Source: Thermodesulfobacteriota bacterium (lineage in GTDB: Bacteria; Desulfobacterota; Desulfomonilia; UBA1062). Taken from it: a stretch of DNA of 64,000 bases. Shown in pieces: positions 37,522 to 47,455 of this stretch. Where the stretch lies: positions 2,488 to 66,487 of the forward strand of contig DAISYU010000005.1 in NCBI GenBank assembly GCA_036825155.1, given 5' to 3'. The notes under the pieces are model-generated. The model did no database searches, was not told where the DNA came from, and saw only the letters and a list, made by a program, of their open reading frames with translations. Each line of letters starts with the position of its first letter. Position 1 is the stretch's first letter. The translations under genes were made by a program, and so were the position numbers.

Positions 37522-39489
37522 ATGGTTGACAGGGAGTTGACAATCTACAGGAGGATTAACGAGGCCATCTCCTTTGCCCCGGATGTGGAGGCCGTTGCCG
37601 GGTCCATCCTGGATATCGTTATTGATGAGACCATTGCAGAGAATGCTTCCATCATGATGCCCTCTTATGACAAGACACAACTCGAGATAAAGGCAGCCAA
37701 GGGAAGTAAAGACAAGATCTCTCGTTTTTCGGAACACTCCCTCGGGCAGACCTTTCCCATGGGAGAGGGGATTGCCGGATCCGTAGCGCTGAGCCGGGAA
37801 CCGATCATTATTCATGATACCAAAACCGATCCGCTCTACCAGAACAAGAAGATCAATGTTGAAATCGGATCCATGCTCAGTATGCCGCTTGTCTATTCCA
37901 AGAGCGAACTGGTCGGGGTCTTGAACCTGAGCCACTCCAAGAGGCAGGCCTTCAGTGAGGATGATCTGAAACTGGTGAACATACTCCTGAGGCCGGCTGC
38001 CCTCGCCTTGAGAAATGCACGGGTCATGCGGGATGTTGAAGAAATCAATACCATGCTCAAGGCTGAACTTTCCATGACTGACAAGGCCCTGGGCGAGTTC
38101 GGAAAGAACATATTCAGGGTCTTTACCTGCATGTCCATAGGGGTCCTCACTACCGATCCTCAAGGTGTGATAACCACGATAAACAAGAAGGCCTCAGATA
38201 TGCTTTCTCTGGGTGTCGGTACAAACCTCTCCTCTCTGGTGGGTGAGGGGGTACTGGACCAGTTGGGTCCTGATATGGATGAACTCTCCATGGATGTTGA
38301 GGTGAACTCCCGGATACTCAACCTTGAATTATCTCTGCTTCCCATGAAGCCTCTGTGGCAGGTCCTGGTATGTATCCGGGACGTCACGATGGACAGGTTT
38401 AAAGAGAAGGAACTTGTCCGGGTGAAAGATCAGTATAAGGACATGGTGGAGAAGGCGCTGGATGCCGTCTATATCATCAAGGGCGGCCGTTTCCTGCTCA
38501 CGAACAAGAAATTCCAGGAGATGTTGGGCTATGAGCAGGATGGTATTATCAATAAACATTTCAGACACTTTGTGACAAAAGAATCTGTGCGAAGGTTGGC
38601 TTCAGCACTGAGACCGCAAAAGGGGAATATCTTTGTTCCCAATCTCGAAGTGCAGGCAATCAAACGCGACGGTAAGACGTTATTCCTCGAGATCAGTATC
38701 GGGAGGCTGATCATAGAGAATGACCAGTGCTATGTGGGCGTAGTACGCGATATTACCAGTAAGAAGGAACTGCTGGCCTTGAAGACGCGGTTCTTACACG
38801 TTGCCTCTCACGAGATACGGGTCCCTCTGACCGTGATACGGGGATATGCGCGGATGTTGTCAAAAGATACTCATGAGGTCTTGTCTCCCGGCCAGAGGGA
38901 GAACATCTGCGAGATAGAGACCCAGTGTGAAAAGCTTCTGCATTTCAGTAATTCTCTGCTTGATTTTGCAAAGATAAATACCGAAAAGATCTCTCTGCAT
39001 AAACAGCAGGTGGGCAGCCGTGATTATATTAAGGGCATCGTGAGAAACATGCAGATAAGTGCGAAAGACAAGAATGTGGAAATCATATTCGAAGATAACA
39101 ACAACAATCCCGATCTGTATGTGGATCCCATCAAATTCGAGCAGGCCATATGCAATCTGCTTGATAATGCGGTGAAGCACTCCCCCGATGGAGGTAAGGT
39201 ACGGATTACCGTATCCAAAGGAGCCTCTGACGGTGATGCCATCAATAAGATTCTCAATCAGGAAAATGTTATTCTGTCTTTCCTTGATCAGGGGCCCGGC
39301 ATAAGACCGGAGGAGGCGCGGGACTTATTCAGTGATTTCTATGTAGGCGTAAACGGGAGGGCAAAGGGTGGAATCGGCCTTGGACTTGCCATTACCAAGG
39401 AGATCATCCATGCCCATGGAGGGCAGGTGGAAGCCCGGCCGTCAGGTGACGGAGGGCATTTTATCATCACAATACCCTTGAACAGCTAA
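37522..39489 (+). CDS. Cytoplasmic GAF-PAS sensor histidine kinase (PrsK-like by context)
   Basis: N-terminal GAF domain (GEGIAGSVALSREPIIIHD), PAS-like repeats, HisKA H-box HEIRVPLTVIRGYARML and HATPase (DQGPGI, GGIGLGLAI). The track ORF starts at TTG 37498. The ATG at 37522 has a GGGAG ribosome-binding site. It starts 4 nt after the ffh stop. Confidence 0.85.
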   Translation: MVDRELTIYRRINEAISFAPDVEAVAGSILDIVIDETIAENASIMMPSYDKTQLEIKAAKGSKDKISRFSEHSLGQTFPMGEGIAGSVALSREPIIIHDTKTDPLYQNKKINVEIGSMLSMPLVYSKSELVGVLNLSHSKRQAFSEDDLKLVNILLRPAALALRNARVMRDVEEINTMLKAELSMTDKALGEFGKNIFRVFTCMSIGVLTTDPQGVITTINKKASDMLSLGVGTNLSSLVGEGVLDQLGPDMDELSMDVEVNSRILNLELSLLPMKPLWQVLVCIRDVTMDRFKEKELVRVKDQYKDMVEKALDAVYIIKGGRFLLTNKKFQEMLGYEQDGIINKHFRHFVTKESVRRLASALRPQKGNIFVPNLEVQAIKRDGKTLFLEISIGRLIIENDQCYVGVVRDITSKKELLALKTRFLHVASHEIRVPLTVIRGYARMLSKDTHEVLSPGQRENICEIETQCEKLLHFSNSLLDFAKINTEKISLHKQQVGSRDYIKGIVRNMQISAKDKNVEIIFEDNNNNPDLYVDPIKFEQAICNLLDNAVKHSPDGGKVRITVSKGASDGDAINKILNQENVILSFLDQGPGIRPEEARDLFSDFYVGVNGRAKGGIGLGLAITKEIIHAHGGQVEARPSGDGGHFIITIPLNS

Positions 39490-39532
39490 CTTATTTAATG
39501 TATTTAATAATATAAATTACTGGTGTGCTTGG

Positions 39533-40951
39533 ATGACTATGATCGATAAGATTAGAATTTTAGTTGTAGATGATGATGATAGTATTCGGAGGTACATAGC
39601 CAAGCTGCTCACACAAAGCGGTTATGACGTCGAAACCGCATCCAACGGGAAAGATGCCTTGAATGTCCTGCGCACCAAAGATGAGGTTTCACTCGTCATC
39701 CTGGACATTCTCATGCCCGAGATGGACGGTCTTGAGACGCTCAACGAGATACGGAAACTTGCCGGTGATGTGCCTGTCTTGATGCTGTCTGCTCTGGGTC
39801 AGACGAATATTATCGTCAAGGCTATGAAGGCCGGTGCCACCGATTATCTCGTCAAACCTTTCGAGGAGGAAGAGCTGGAGCTCGCTATAACCAAATCCCT
39901 TGAGAAAAAGAAACTCCTCTCCGAGATCTCCACCCTGAAGAAACAGCTCAGGATCGATGAGCTTCGTGGTGAATTCATCTATAACAGCCCCAAGATGCAA
40001 CGGGTTAAGGATCTGGTGGACCAGATAGCGGAAACCGATGTGAGTGTTCTGATCGAAGGCGAGAGCGGAACCGGCAAGGAACTGGTGGCTCGGGCGCTCC
40101 ATTACCGGTCTGGCATGAGGGACAAACCCTTTATAAAGGTCAACTGTGCCGCACTACCCCATGAGCTCCTCGAATCAGAGCTGTTCGGCTATGAACGGGG
40201 TGCATTCACCGGTGCCTACAAGGCAAAGGCGGGAAAATTCGAACTGGCCAATAATGGCACCATATTCCTCGATGAGATCGGCGAGATGGATCTTGGGATC
40301 CAGTCCAAGCTTCTCCAGGTGCTGCAGGGAGGGACCTTCTCACGTCTCGGCGGCAAACAGGATGTCAAGGTCAACGTCCGCGTCATTACTGCCACCAACA
40401 GGGATCTGAGAAAGGCTGTGGAGGATGGAATCTTCAGGGAGGATATCTACTATCGTCTCAATGTGGTCAATATCCACATCCCCCCGCTGTCGGAGAGAAA
40501 GGAAGACATTACCTATCTCTTTGAATATTTCCTCGATGCGTATAATGAGAAGTACGGAAAGAATATTGTTGTGGACAAGGAAGATCTGTATCCTCTTTTA
40601 CTGGGATATCCCTGGCCCGGGAATGTACGGGAACTGAAGAACCAGGTGAAGAGGCTGGTGATCCTGAGTGATATCAATGATCTGATGCGATATCTCAGGG
40701 ACGGGGGCGCGTTTGCACAGGAGCGGCAGGTGAAGACTGCTGCACAGGAGACCTTTGCGGTCACCTCTGATGAAACAGAGATTATCCCGCTGAAACTGGC
40801 TGCAAAAGAGGCGTCTTTAAAGGCTGAGCGGGATATGATTCTTAGGGCGCTGAAAGAGACAAACTGGAACAAGAAAAAGGCTGCACAGATACTTCAGATA
40901 AGCTATAAGGCCCTCCTGTACAAGATAAAGGAATGCGGTATAGAAAAATGA
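39533..40951 (+). CDS. Sigma-54-dependent response regulator (PrsR-like, NtrC family)
   Basis: Receiver domain (ILVVDDDDS ... ILDILMPEMDG), AAA+ sigma-54 domain (GESGTGKELVARALH, GAFTGA) and a Fis-type HTH (AAQILQISYKALLYKIKE). Confidence 0.85.
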   Translation: MTMIDKIRILVVDDDDSIRRYIAKLLTQSGYDVETASNGKDALNVLRTKDEVSLVILDILMPEMDGLETLNEIRKLAGDVPVLMLSALGQTNIIVKAMKAGATDYLVKPFEEEELELAITKSLEKKKLLSEISTLKKQLRIDELRGEFIYNSPKMQRVKDLVDQIAETDVSVLIEGESGTGKELVARALHYRSGMRDKPFIKVNCAALPHELLESELFGYERGAFTGAYKAKAGKFELANNGTIFLDEIGEMDLGIQSKLLQVLQGGTFSRLGGKQDVKVNVRVITATNRDLRKAVEDGIFREDIYYRLNVVNIHIPPLSERKEDITYLFEYFLDAYNEKYGKNIVVDKEDLYPLLLGYPWPGNVRELKNQVKRLVILSDINDLMRYLRDGGAFAQERQVKTAAQETFAVTSDETEIIPLKLAAKEASLKAERDMILRALKETNWNKKKAAQILQISYKALLYKIKECGIEK

Positions 40952-41505
40952 TGAAAGACATGCTGATGAAGAACATACTGACAGCCCTTATGATCTTCCT
41001 GATCCCCGGAGCTGTCTTTGCCCAGGAGGTCCTGTATCTGATTGGGCCTTCCGACCTCCTGGAGATATCTGTCTGGGGAGAGGAAACACTTTCGCGTCAG
41101 GTCGTTGTGAGAACCGACGGGTATATCTCCCTGCCGCTCGTCGGGGATATCAAGGCTGCCGGGAAGACTCCCCCGCAGTTGCAGAAAGACATAGAGTCCG
41201 TTCTTTCAAAATTTATCAAAGACCCGCACTGTGCGGTCATCATCGTGGAGCCGAGGAGCAAACGGTTTTATATCGAGGGGCAGGTGAATGCCCCCGGGGA
41301 ATACGTACTCGATCGTGAAATGTTTCTCACCCAGGTCATTCCCAGGGCCGGCGGGTTTACCGAGTGGGCCAACAAGGGAGACATCATTATCCTGCGTTAT
41401 ATGGGCAGCGAACAGACGAGATTAGAGGTGGACTACACCAAGATCATAAAAGGCAAACAACAGGATGTATCCATCATGCCTGGAGATACCATAATAGTAC
41501 CGTGA
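40947..41505 (+). CDS. Periplasmic polysaccharide export protein (Wza/EpsA-like, PEP-CTERM-locus type)
   Basis: Signal peptide then the Poly_export hallmark YLIGPSDLLEISVWGEE ... DGYISLPLVGDIKAAGKTPPQL plus an SLBB-like C-terminus. Its ATG overlaps the response-regulator stop as ATGA. Confidence 0.8.
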
Positions 41506-42716
41506 GGAATAAGGTAGCCCCAGCTGTCATATCTTTTTTTCTGTTGTCTATGATCGTATGCGCTTGTGCGCATGCGGCCACGTATGAAATCCATCCGGGC
41601 GTGAGAGCCACGTATGAGTACACGGACAACTATTTCGGTACGGCTCACGATAAGGAGCAGGAGAACATCTATGAGGTCGGACCGACCCTGGATTTCTCGT
41701 GGGCAACGCCGGTATGGAGTTGGGAGAATTCAGGATATATCGCCAAGCGATACCATGAGGAGTTCGATGAAGATGATTCCACGGAAGCCACTGCAGAGAG
41801 TCATCTGACCGCCTCATCCATCCGTCATGCCCTCGATCTTGCCTATTCATACACTCAGACCAGCCGAAGAGAGAGCCTTGAAGACCCCCGCGGGATAACC
41901 CGCGTGAACACAGGCTCTGTGGGATATACCAACACCCTGAGCCCTGAGACATCCCTTTCACTGGGGTATTCTCTGACGGACGAGAACAATCCCTCGCCGG
42001 ATGAGGACATCATGAGCCAGGGTCCGACATTTTCCTTCACGCACCAGCTGACCCGGAGAGGACGCCTGAGTGTATCGTATGGGTATGTGTACCACGATTA
42101 TGAGATCAGCGAGAACACCTGGGTCTCCACCTCGAGCGCCCACTGGGGATACATGGTCACCCCTTCTCTTGAACTCGGGACCGGATTTACCTATGAACAT
42201 GAAGACCGGGGGCGTTTGCCGAGCGAGGACATTTACAGTGCATCGCTTACAGCGGGGTACGTACTTGCCCGTCATACGACCATCGATGTTGCTGGCGGTT
42301 ACAGCTGGCTGGTCATGGAACATGAAGACCGGGAGGGCACATACACGCTTGCAGCAGATATCTCCAGCGAAACACGATACGATACGTTCTCCCTTTCCGC
42401 ATCCAAGGGCTACACCGCTGAATTCACCACAGACCGATACGGTACCTATGATACCTGGTCAATATCCGCGACATGGGACAGGACGATGATGAGAGATCTG
42501 ATCTTTTCTGCTTCGGCATCACTCGATGACAGAAAGCCCACTTCCGATACACTGGAGGAGCGGGAGCGGGACAAGGTGGGAAGCGTTTCCCTTGCCTGGA
42601 CGCCTTCAGAGCATTTCGAGGCACGGGCCTCGTACGAGCGTCTCCGGCATGAGTACGAGATTTCAGATACGGAGCGGGAAAACCGATACAGGATTATCAT
42701 AGAGGGGCGATATTGA
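41503..42716 (+). CDS. Predicted outer-membrane beta-barrel protein of the polysaccharide export locus
   Basis: GTG start overlapping the Wza-like stop. Signal peptide ending AHA-ATYE. Tyr/Thr/Ser-rich sequence with alternating hydrophobic residues and many short Y-x-Y strands, consistent with a porin-like barrel. Resembles the conserved PEP-CTERM-associated beta-barrel as I recall it. Confidence 0.5.
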
Positions 42717-44251
42717 CAGATCAGGCAAAGCATATAGAAATACAGGACATCTTCGATGCACTGGTGAAGAAGTGGTACTGGGTCACCATCCCGCTGGTGT
42801 TCTTTCTCCTGGTGGGTGCATGGCTCTACGTGGTCCTTCCCAGGACCTATGAGGCATCGACCCTTATCCTGGTGCAGCCGCAGGAGATCCCTTCCGCCTA
42901 TGTCGAGGCAACGGTGAGCTCCGGGATAGAGGAGCGGGTGAGAACTCTCTCCCAGGAGGTCATGTCCCGCTCGAATCTTGAAAACATCATACAGGAAATG
43001 GGGCTTTTCAGGGAGGAGCAGGCAAAGGGTGTCTCCCTGGATATCCTGGTGGCATCGCTTCGGAAACGTATTCAGGTGGATACGAGCGGCGGCAGGAGGG
43101 GACAGACGAGTTCCTTCACCATATCTTTCAAGGGGCGGGATCCCCGGGAGGTGGCCGATGTTGCGAACAGGCTCGCCTCATTCTTCATTGAGTCGCACCT
43201 GAAACTGCGGGCAAAACAGGCTGCGCAGACCACCCTTTTCCTGGAGAAACAGCTCAGTGATCTCAAGGCCCTTCTCCAGGAACAGGAAGCGCAGGTGGAG
43301 GAATACCGGAACAAGTATATGGGAGAGCTCCCCGAGCAGTTAACGAGCAATATCTCCACCATTTCCGGCCTTCAAATGCGTCTCGAATCTCTCCAGGCAT
43401 CTCTGGCGGATGCCATGAACCGGAGACTGGTAATCCAGAGGCAACTCTCCCAGATAGAGTCTGATCAGCCCGGGGCAACCCTGTCCCAGCGGGGAGCGCG
43501 GATCGCGGAACTCAAGGCCCAGCTTGAGGAGGTTTCATCACGGTACACCCCGGAGCATCCTGCAGTGAAACAGCTGAAAGAACAGATCACAGAACTCGAG
43601 AATCAATCGGATGAAGCGGGTCCCGGCAGTACCGATCCCGAGGTTGTGGAACTGAGAACCCAGTTCTCCACCATCAACATCGAGATAGAATCACTCAAGA
43701 ACGACTCGGAACGGTTAAAAGAGCGGATAGACTACTACCAGCAGCGTGTGGAGAATACCCCGAAAAGGGAACAGGAACTTGCCGCACTCACCAGGGATTA
43801 TAATATCACCCAGCAGAACTACCAGAGACTCTTGGACAGGCTGTATGAGGCAAAGCGGGCAGAGAGTATGGAAAAGAGGCAGCAGGGAGAACAGTTCAGG
43901 GTCCTGGATTATGCCCAGCCGCCCCAGATTCCCGTGAGCCCCAACCGCAACAGGATGGCCCTTGTCTTTCTTGCCCTCGGTCTGGCTGCTGGTACCGGCA
44001 TTATCTTCCTGCTCGAGATGCTCGATTCAACGGTCAAGGGGATCAAACAACTGGAAAAATGGACCGCTGGCATCCCGTGCATAACGGCCATTCCCCTTGC
44101 GCTGACAGAGAAAGACAAGCGCAGGAGAAAGCTCAAGACGATTTTATATATCGCACTGAATCTTTCGCTGGTTATCGCTGGTGTGGTCGTCATAGGGTAT
44201 TCACGTATTCATAACATTATTGTAGACATACCGTTACCATTGCCGTTTTAG
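42713..44251 (+). CDS. Polysaccharide chain-length determinant (Wzz/EpsF-like) protein
   Basis: N-terminal TM helix (WYWVTIPLVFFLLVGAWLYVV), a Wzz-like periplasmic region with long coiled coils, and a C-terminal TM helix (ALVFLALGLAAGTGIIFLL). 512 aa. Confidence 0.75.
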   Translation: MTDQAKHIEIQDIFDALVKKWYWVTIPLVFFLLVGAWLYVVLPRTYEASTLILVQPQEIPSAYVEATVSSGIEERVRTLSQEVMSRSNLENIIQEMGLFREEQAKGVSLDILVASLRKRIQVDTSGGRRGQTSSFTISFKGRDPREVADVANRLASFFIESHLKLRAKQAAQTTLFLEKQLSDLKALLQEQEAQVEEYRNKYMGELPEQLTSNISTISGLQMRLESLQASLADAMNRRLVIQRQLSQIESDQPGATLSQRGARIAELKAQLEEVSSRYTPEHPAVKQLKEQITELENQSDEAGPGSTDPEVVELRTQFSTINIEIESLKNDSERLKERIDYYQQRVENTPKREQELAALTRDYNITQQNYQRLLDRLYEAKRAESMEKRQQGEQFRVLDYAQPPQIPVSPNRNRMALVFLALGLAAGTGIIFLLEMLDSTVKGIKQLEKWTAGIPCITAIPLALTEKDKRRRKLKTILYIALNLSLVIAGVVVIGYSRIHNIIVDIPLPLPF

Positions 44252-44263
44252 AGGCCGGCTGCT

Positions 44264-45889
44264 ATGTACAGAGATTTTTTCGGCTTGAAAATAAAACCGT
44301 TTTCCATCACCCCGGATCCGCGGTTTCTGTACATGAGCCCGGGGCACAAGGAGGCATTGGCACACCTTCTCTATGGCATCAAAGAGGCGAGCGGGTTTGT
44401 GGTTATCACCGGCGAGGTGGGGACCGGGAAGACCACTATCTTAAATGCCTTTCTTTTGAAATTGCCGCCGCGTATGCCCAAAGTGGTGGTGAAGAATCCT
44501 CACATCCAGCCGGAAAATCTCTATTTCCTCCTGGGTGAAGCCATTGGCATGCCCGAGGAAAAACGCCGCAGGGAAAATGTCCATGAGTATGAAGAGCGCC
44601 TCAAGGCAACCGGCGGAGTGGTTTTGATCGTCGATGAATCTCAGGGATTGTCCGTGGAGATGCTCGAAGAGATCAGGCTGCTGTCAAATCTCGAAACAAC
44701 GAACGAGAAACTCGTCCAGATAATGCTGCTGGGGCAGCAGGAGCTGAATGAGAAGCTCAAGAGTCCACAGCTTCGACAGCTGAAACAGCGCATCGGCCTC
44801 AAGTACCATATCCCCCCCCTGGACAGCAATGAGACGGGAGACTACATTGATCACCGGCTCAGGGTTGCCGGATATGAACCCAGGGAGAAACCGATTTTCA
44901 CGGCATCTGCACTTGGCGAGATATATCGCTACAGCAAGGGATTCCCCAGGCTCATCAATATCGTATGTGACAATGTCCTGCTTGCCGCCTATACCGAGAA
45001 TATTTCTCAGATAAGCGCATCCATGGTGAGAAAGGTTGTGGTGGATCTCGAGAGCACCTATGGTAAGCCTGGATCAAAGCCGTCGTCATTGCTGCGAGGT
45101 TCAGGGGGATCCAGGGCCAGGGTGTGGCTCAAGGTCGCCGTGGCTTTCGGGCTTTGCCTCGTCCTTGCCACCGCAGGATGGACACTCTATTCGATCGGCA
45201 CACGCTCTCCGAAGCAAGTAGATACGGCGGTCTCCCGTATCGAGACCGCAGCACCTGACAAGAAACCGGAGAAAAGCGTTGAGACACCCAAACAGGTTAT
45301 ACCCCGGGAATCAGTGAAGCAGAAGGAGGAGGTCATTTCTCCTGCACAGGACAAGACTCTCAGGAAGCCCATAAAAGAAAAGGTAGTGATGCAGGATGAA
45401 GGCGCTGTCAGTGATGAACCGCCGATCCCCCCGAGTCTGGGGGATGCGCAGCAGAAGCCGGAAGGCACACTCGTTACTGTCAGTGTGGGCGATACCATTG
45501 CAGAGCTTGCCGCGGGTCACTACGGCAGGGTGGACGCCTCGATATTGCGTTCTATAAAACAGGCAAACCCAAGCATTGAGAATATCGACCTGATCTATGA
45601 GGGACAGCAGATCTTTATGCCTGCAGTAAAGACCGTTCCACGGGTGCTCTACAGCGTCAGCGTCGCATCGTATCATTCGGTGACCGAGGCAAAGGCGGTC
45701 TTCCTGGATTTGTTGAGCAAAGGGTATGAAGCCACCATATATCCCTATCTGGATGCACAGGAAAACACCTGGTACAGGATCACCATCGGGACGTTCGGCG
45801 CCAAACCCGATGCCATCAGTTACTCGGCCCAGCTCAAGGAAAAGGGCTTTTTTTATGCAAAACCGGTCAAGATAAGCATGGAGGAATAG
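44264..45889 (+). CDS. ExeA/GspA-like AAA ATPase of the PEP-CTERM-type locus, with a C-terminal TM segment and LysM-like plus SPOR-like domains
   Basis: N-terminus MYRDFFGLKIKPFSITPDPRFLY, P-loop GEVGTGKTT and Walker B LIVDES. A TM segment (VWLKVAVAFGLCLVLA), a LysM-like stretch (VSVGDTIAELAAGHYG) and a SPOR-like C-terminus (YSVSVASYHSVTEAKA ... WYRITIGTFG). Confidence 0.8.
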   Translation: MYRDFFGLKIKPFSITPDPRFLYMSPGHKEALAHLLYGIKEASGFVVITGEVGTGKTTILNAFLLKLPPRMPKVVVKNPHIQPENLYFLLGEAIGMPEEKRRRENVHEYEERLKATGGVVLIVDESQGLSVEMLEEIRLLSNLETTNEKLVQIMLLGQQELNEKLKSPQLRQLKQRIGLKYHIPPLDSNETGDYIDHRLRVAGYEPREKPIFTASALGEIYRYSKGFPRLINIVCDNVLLAAYTENISQISASMVRKVVVDLESTYGKPGSKPSSLLRGSGGSRARVWLKVAVAFGLCLVLATAGWTLYSIGTRSPKQVDTAVSRIETAAPDKKPEKSVETPKQVIPRESVKQKEEVISPAQDKTLRKPIKEKVVMQDEGAVSDEPPIPPSLGDAQQKPEGTLVTVSVGDTIAELAAGHYGRVDASILRSIKQANPSIENIDLIYEGQQIFMPAVKTVPRVLYSVSVASYHSVTEAKAVFLDLLSKGYEATIYPYLDAQENTWYRITIGTFGAKPDAISYSAQLKEKGFFYAKPVKISMEE

Positions 45890-45892
45890 CAC

Positions 45893-46648
45893 GTGAAGGT
45901 ATCGAAGGCATTGGAGAAAAAGGATGTTGATTTCTTGAGACAGGCGGCTACTACGGGACGTCTTGACGATCATCTCTACATGCACCATATGCCGTATTCA
46001 TACACGGCGGAACAGATACGAAAGCTGAGAACATTCATCTTCCATATGCCGAACAGCACGACTCCGCGGGTCATCATGATAACAAGTGCCCTGCCAGGTG
46101 AAGGGAAGTCAATCATTGCATCAAATCTGGCTATCGCCATAGCCAAGGGCGACGACCAGTATGTCCTGCTTGTGGAGTGCGACCTGAGAAAGCCTTCTCT
46201 TCACGAGCTGTTCAAGTACCCCCCGTCAAAGGGTGTAAGCGAGATAATTCAGGGCAAGGCCGATATAGGCGACTGTCTCATCAAGACTCCCATCGAGAAG
46301 CTCACGATCCTGCCCTCTGCTCAGGAGGCGCCGGCCAACCCGTCTGAACTTCTTGAATCCAAGAAGATGAGTTCACTCATCAAAGAGCTGAAGGATCGGT
46401 ATACAGACCGGTTTCTCATCATCGATACCTCTCCCATCCAGGCGACGGTTGACCCGAAAATCCTTGCAGACCAGGTGGATGCAATCGTCATGGTAACCAG
46501 GTACCGCTATACAAAAGAGGCGGAATTCAAGATGGCGATGGAAACGCTGCCCAAGGATAAGGTCATCGGTACGGTGCTCAATGCGCTGGACGAACTCCCG
46601 GCAAAAAAATACAAATACCACAAATACAACTACCACAAGTACTATTAA
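45893..46648 (+). CDS. Tyrosine-autokinase-type P-loop ATPase (CpsD/Wzc C-terminal domain family) with a Tyr-rich C-terminal tail
   Basis: Walker A MITSALPGEGKSIIASNLA, Walker B LLVECD and FLIIDTSP. The C-terminus is YKYHKYNYHKYY (6 Tyr in 12 residues), typical of BY-kinase autophosphorylation clusters. GTG start. Confidence 0.75.
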   Translation: MKVSKALEKKDVDFLRQAATTGRLDDHLYMHHMPYSYTAEQIRKLRTFIFHMPNSTTPRVIMITSALPGEGKSIIASNLAIAIAKGDDQYVLLVECDLRKPSLHELFKYPPSKGVSEIIQGKADIGDCLIKTPIEKLTILPSAQEAPANPSELLESKKMSSLIKELKDRYTDRFLIIDTSPIQATVDPKILADQVDAIVMVTRYRYTKEAEFKMAMETLPKDKVIGTVLNALDELPAKKYKYHKYNYHKYY

Positions 46649-46663
46649 ACCGAAAATTGTTCA

Positions 46664-46706
46664 GGGCTGTCCCTCCAAGCGGGACAATGCCCATCAGTCT
46701 TTTTTT
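46664..46706 (+). terminator. Possible intrinsic terminator after the EPS-export gene cluster
   Basis: GGGCTGTCCC-tccaagc-GGGACAATGCCC hairpin followed by atcagtc and T7. Spacing to the T-run is sub-optimal. Confidence 0.3.
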
Positions 46707-46771
46707 CATCTGACGAGTACGTAAGTTCGTAGATATTGTCGCCATCTGTATGAGTATGGTATGCTTTATCC

Positions 46772-47455
46772 ATGCTTGCTCGTCTGGGTGCCCATATCTT
46801 TCCCGGCAGATGTCTTGTCTGCGGAGCAGCCGGTCATGTCAAGCTCGGTGTATGTGGATCGTGCAGGGGGCAGATCCGGCATGTTCCCGGGCCTGTGTGC
46901 GATATCTGCGGCAAACCCATCGGCTCTCCAGGGACCTGCATAGAATGCGTACGCAAAAGACCTCCTTTCGACAAGGTTCTCTCTGCAGGGGTCTTTGAGG
47001 GGCTTCTCAAAGATATTATTCATCAATTCAAGTATCATAATGCTACATGGTTTAAGAAGCCGCTTGCCGGGCTTGTGTTTGATGCGCTTGCCCATACGGA
47101 TGTCTGTCCCGATATGATCACCTTTGTCCCCATGCACTGGACGAGGATGATCAGCAGGGGATACAATCAGGCAGCCCTCATTGCCCGTGAATTGTCTGGA
47201 TATATGGGCATATATATGAGATATGATGTAATACATAAAAAACGCAGGACCTTAAGCCAGGTTGGGTTGAAACGGTCTGACAGAATGGGGAATCTTCGTG
47301 ATGTTTTCCTCTCCGCCGGGGTGGACGGGAAAACCGTTTTAGTTGTGGATGATGTCATAACAACTACCCGGACTGCACGCGAGGTGGCACGATCCCTCAA
47401 AAAGGCCGGTGCTTCGTATGTACTCTTCGTGAGCGTTGGAAGGATGATTAGATGA
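46772..47455 (+). CDS. ComF-family protein (double zinc-ribbon plus phosphoribosyltransferase-like domain)
   Basis: N-terminal CxxC pairs (CLVCG ... CGSC ... CDIC ... CIEC) and a C-terminal PRTase fold (VLVVDDVITTTRTAREVARSL). Confidence 0.75.
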   Translation: MLARLGAHIFPGRCLVCGAAGHVKLGVCGSCRGQIRHVPGPVCDICGKPIGSPGTCIECVRKRPPFDKVLSAGVFEGLLKDIIHQFKYHNATWFKKPLAGLVFDALAHTDVCPDMITFVPMHWTRMISRGYNQAALIARELSGYMGIYMRYDVIHKKRRTLSQVGLKRSDRMGNLRDVFLSAGVDGKTVLVVDDVITTTRTAREVARSLKKAGASYVLFVSVGRMIR

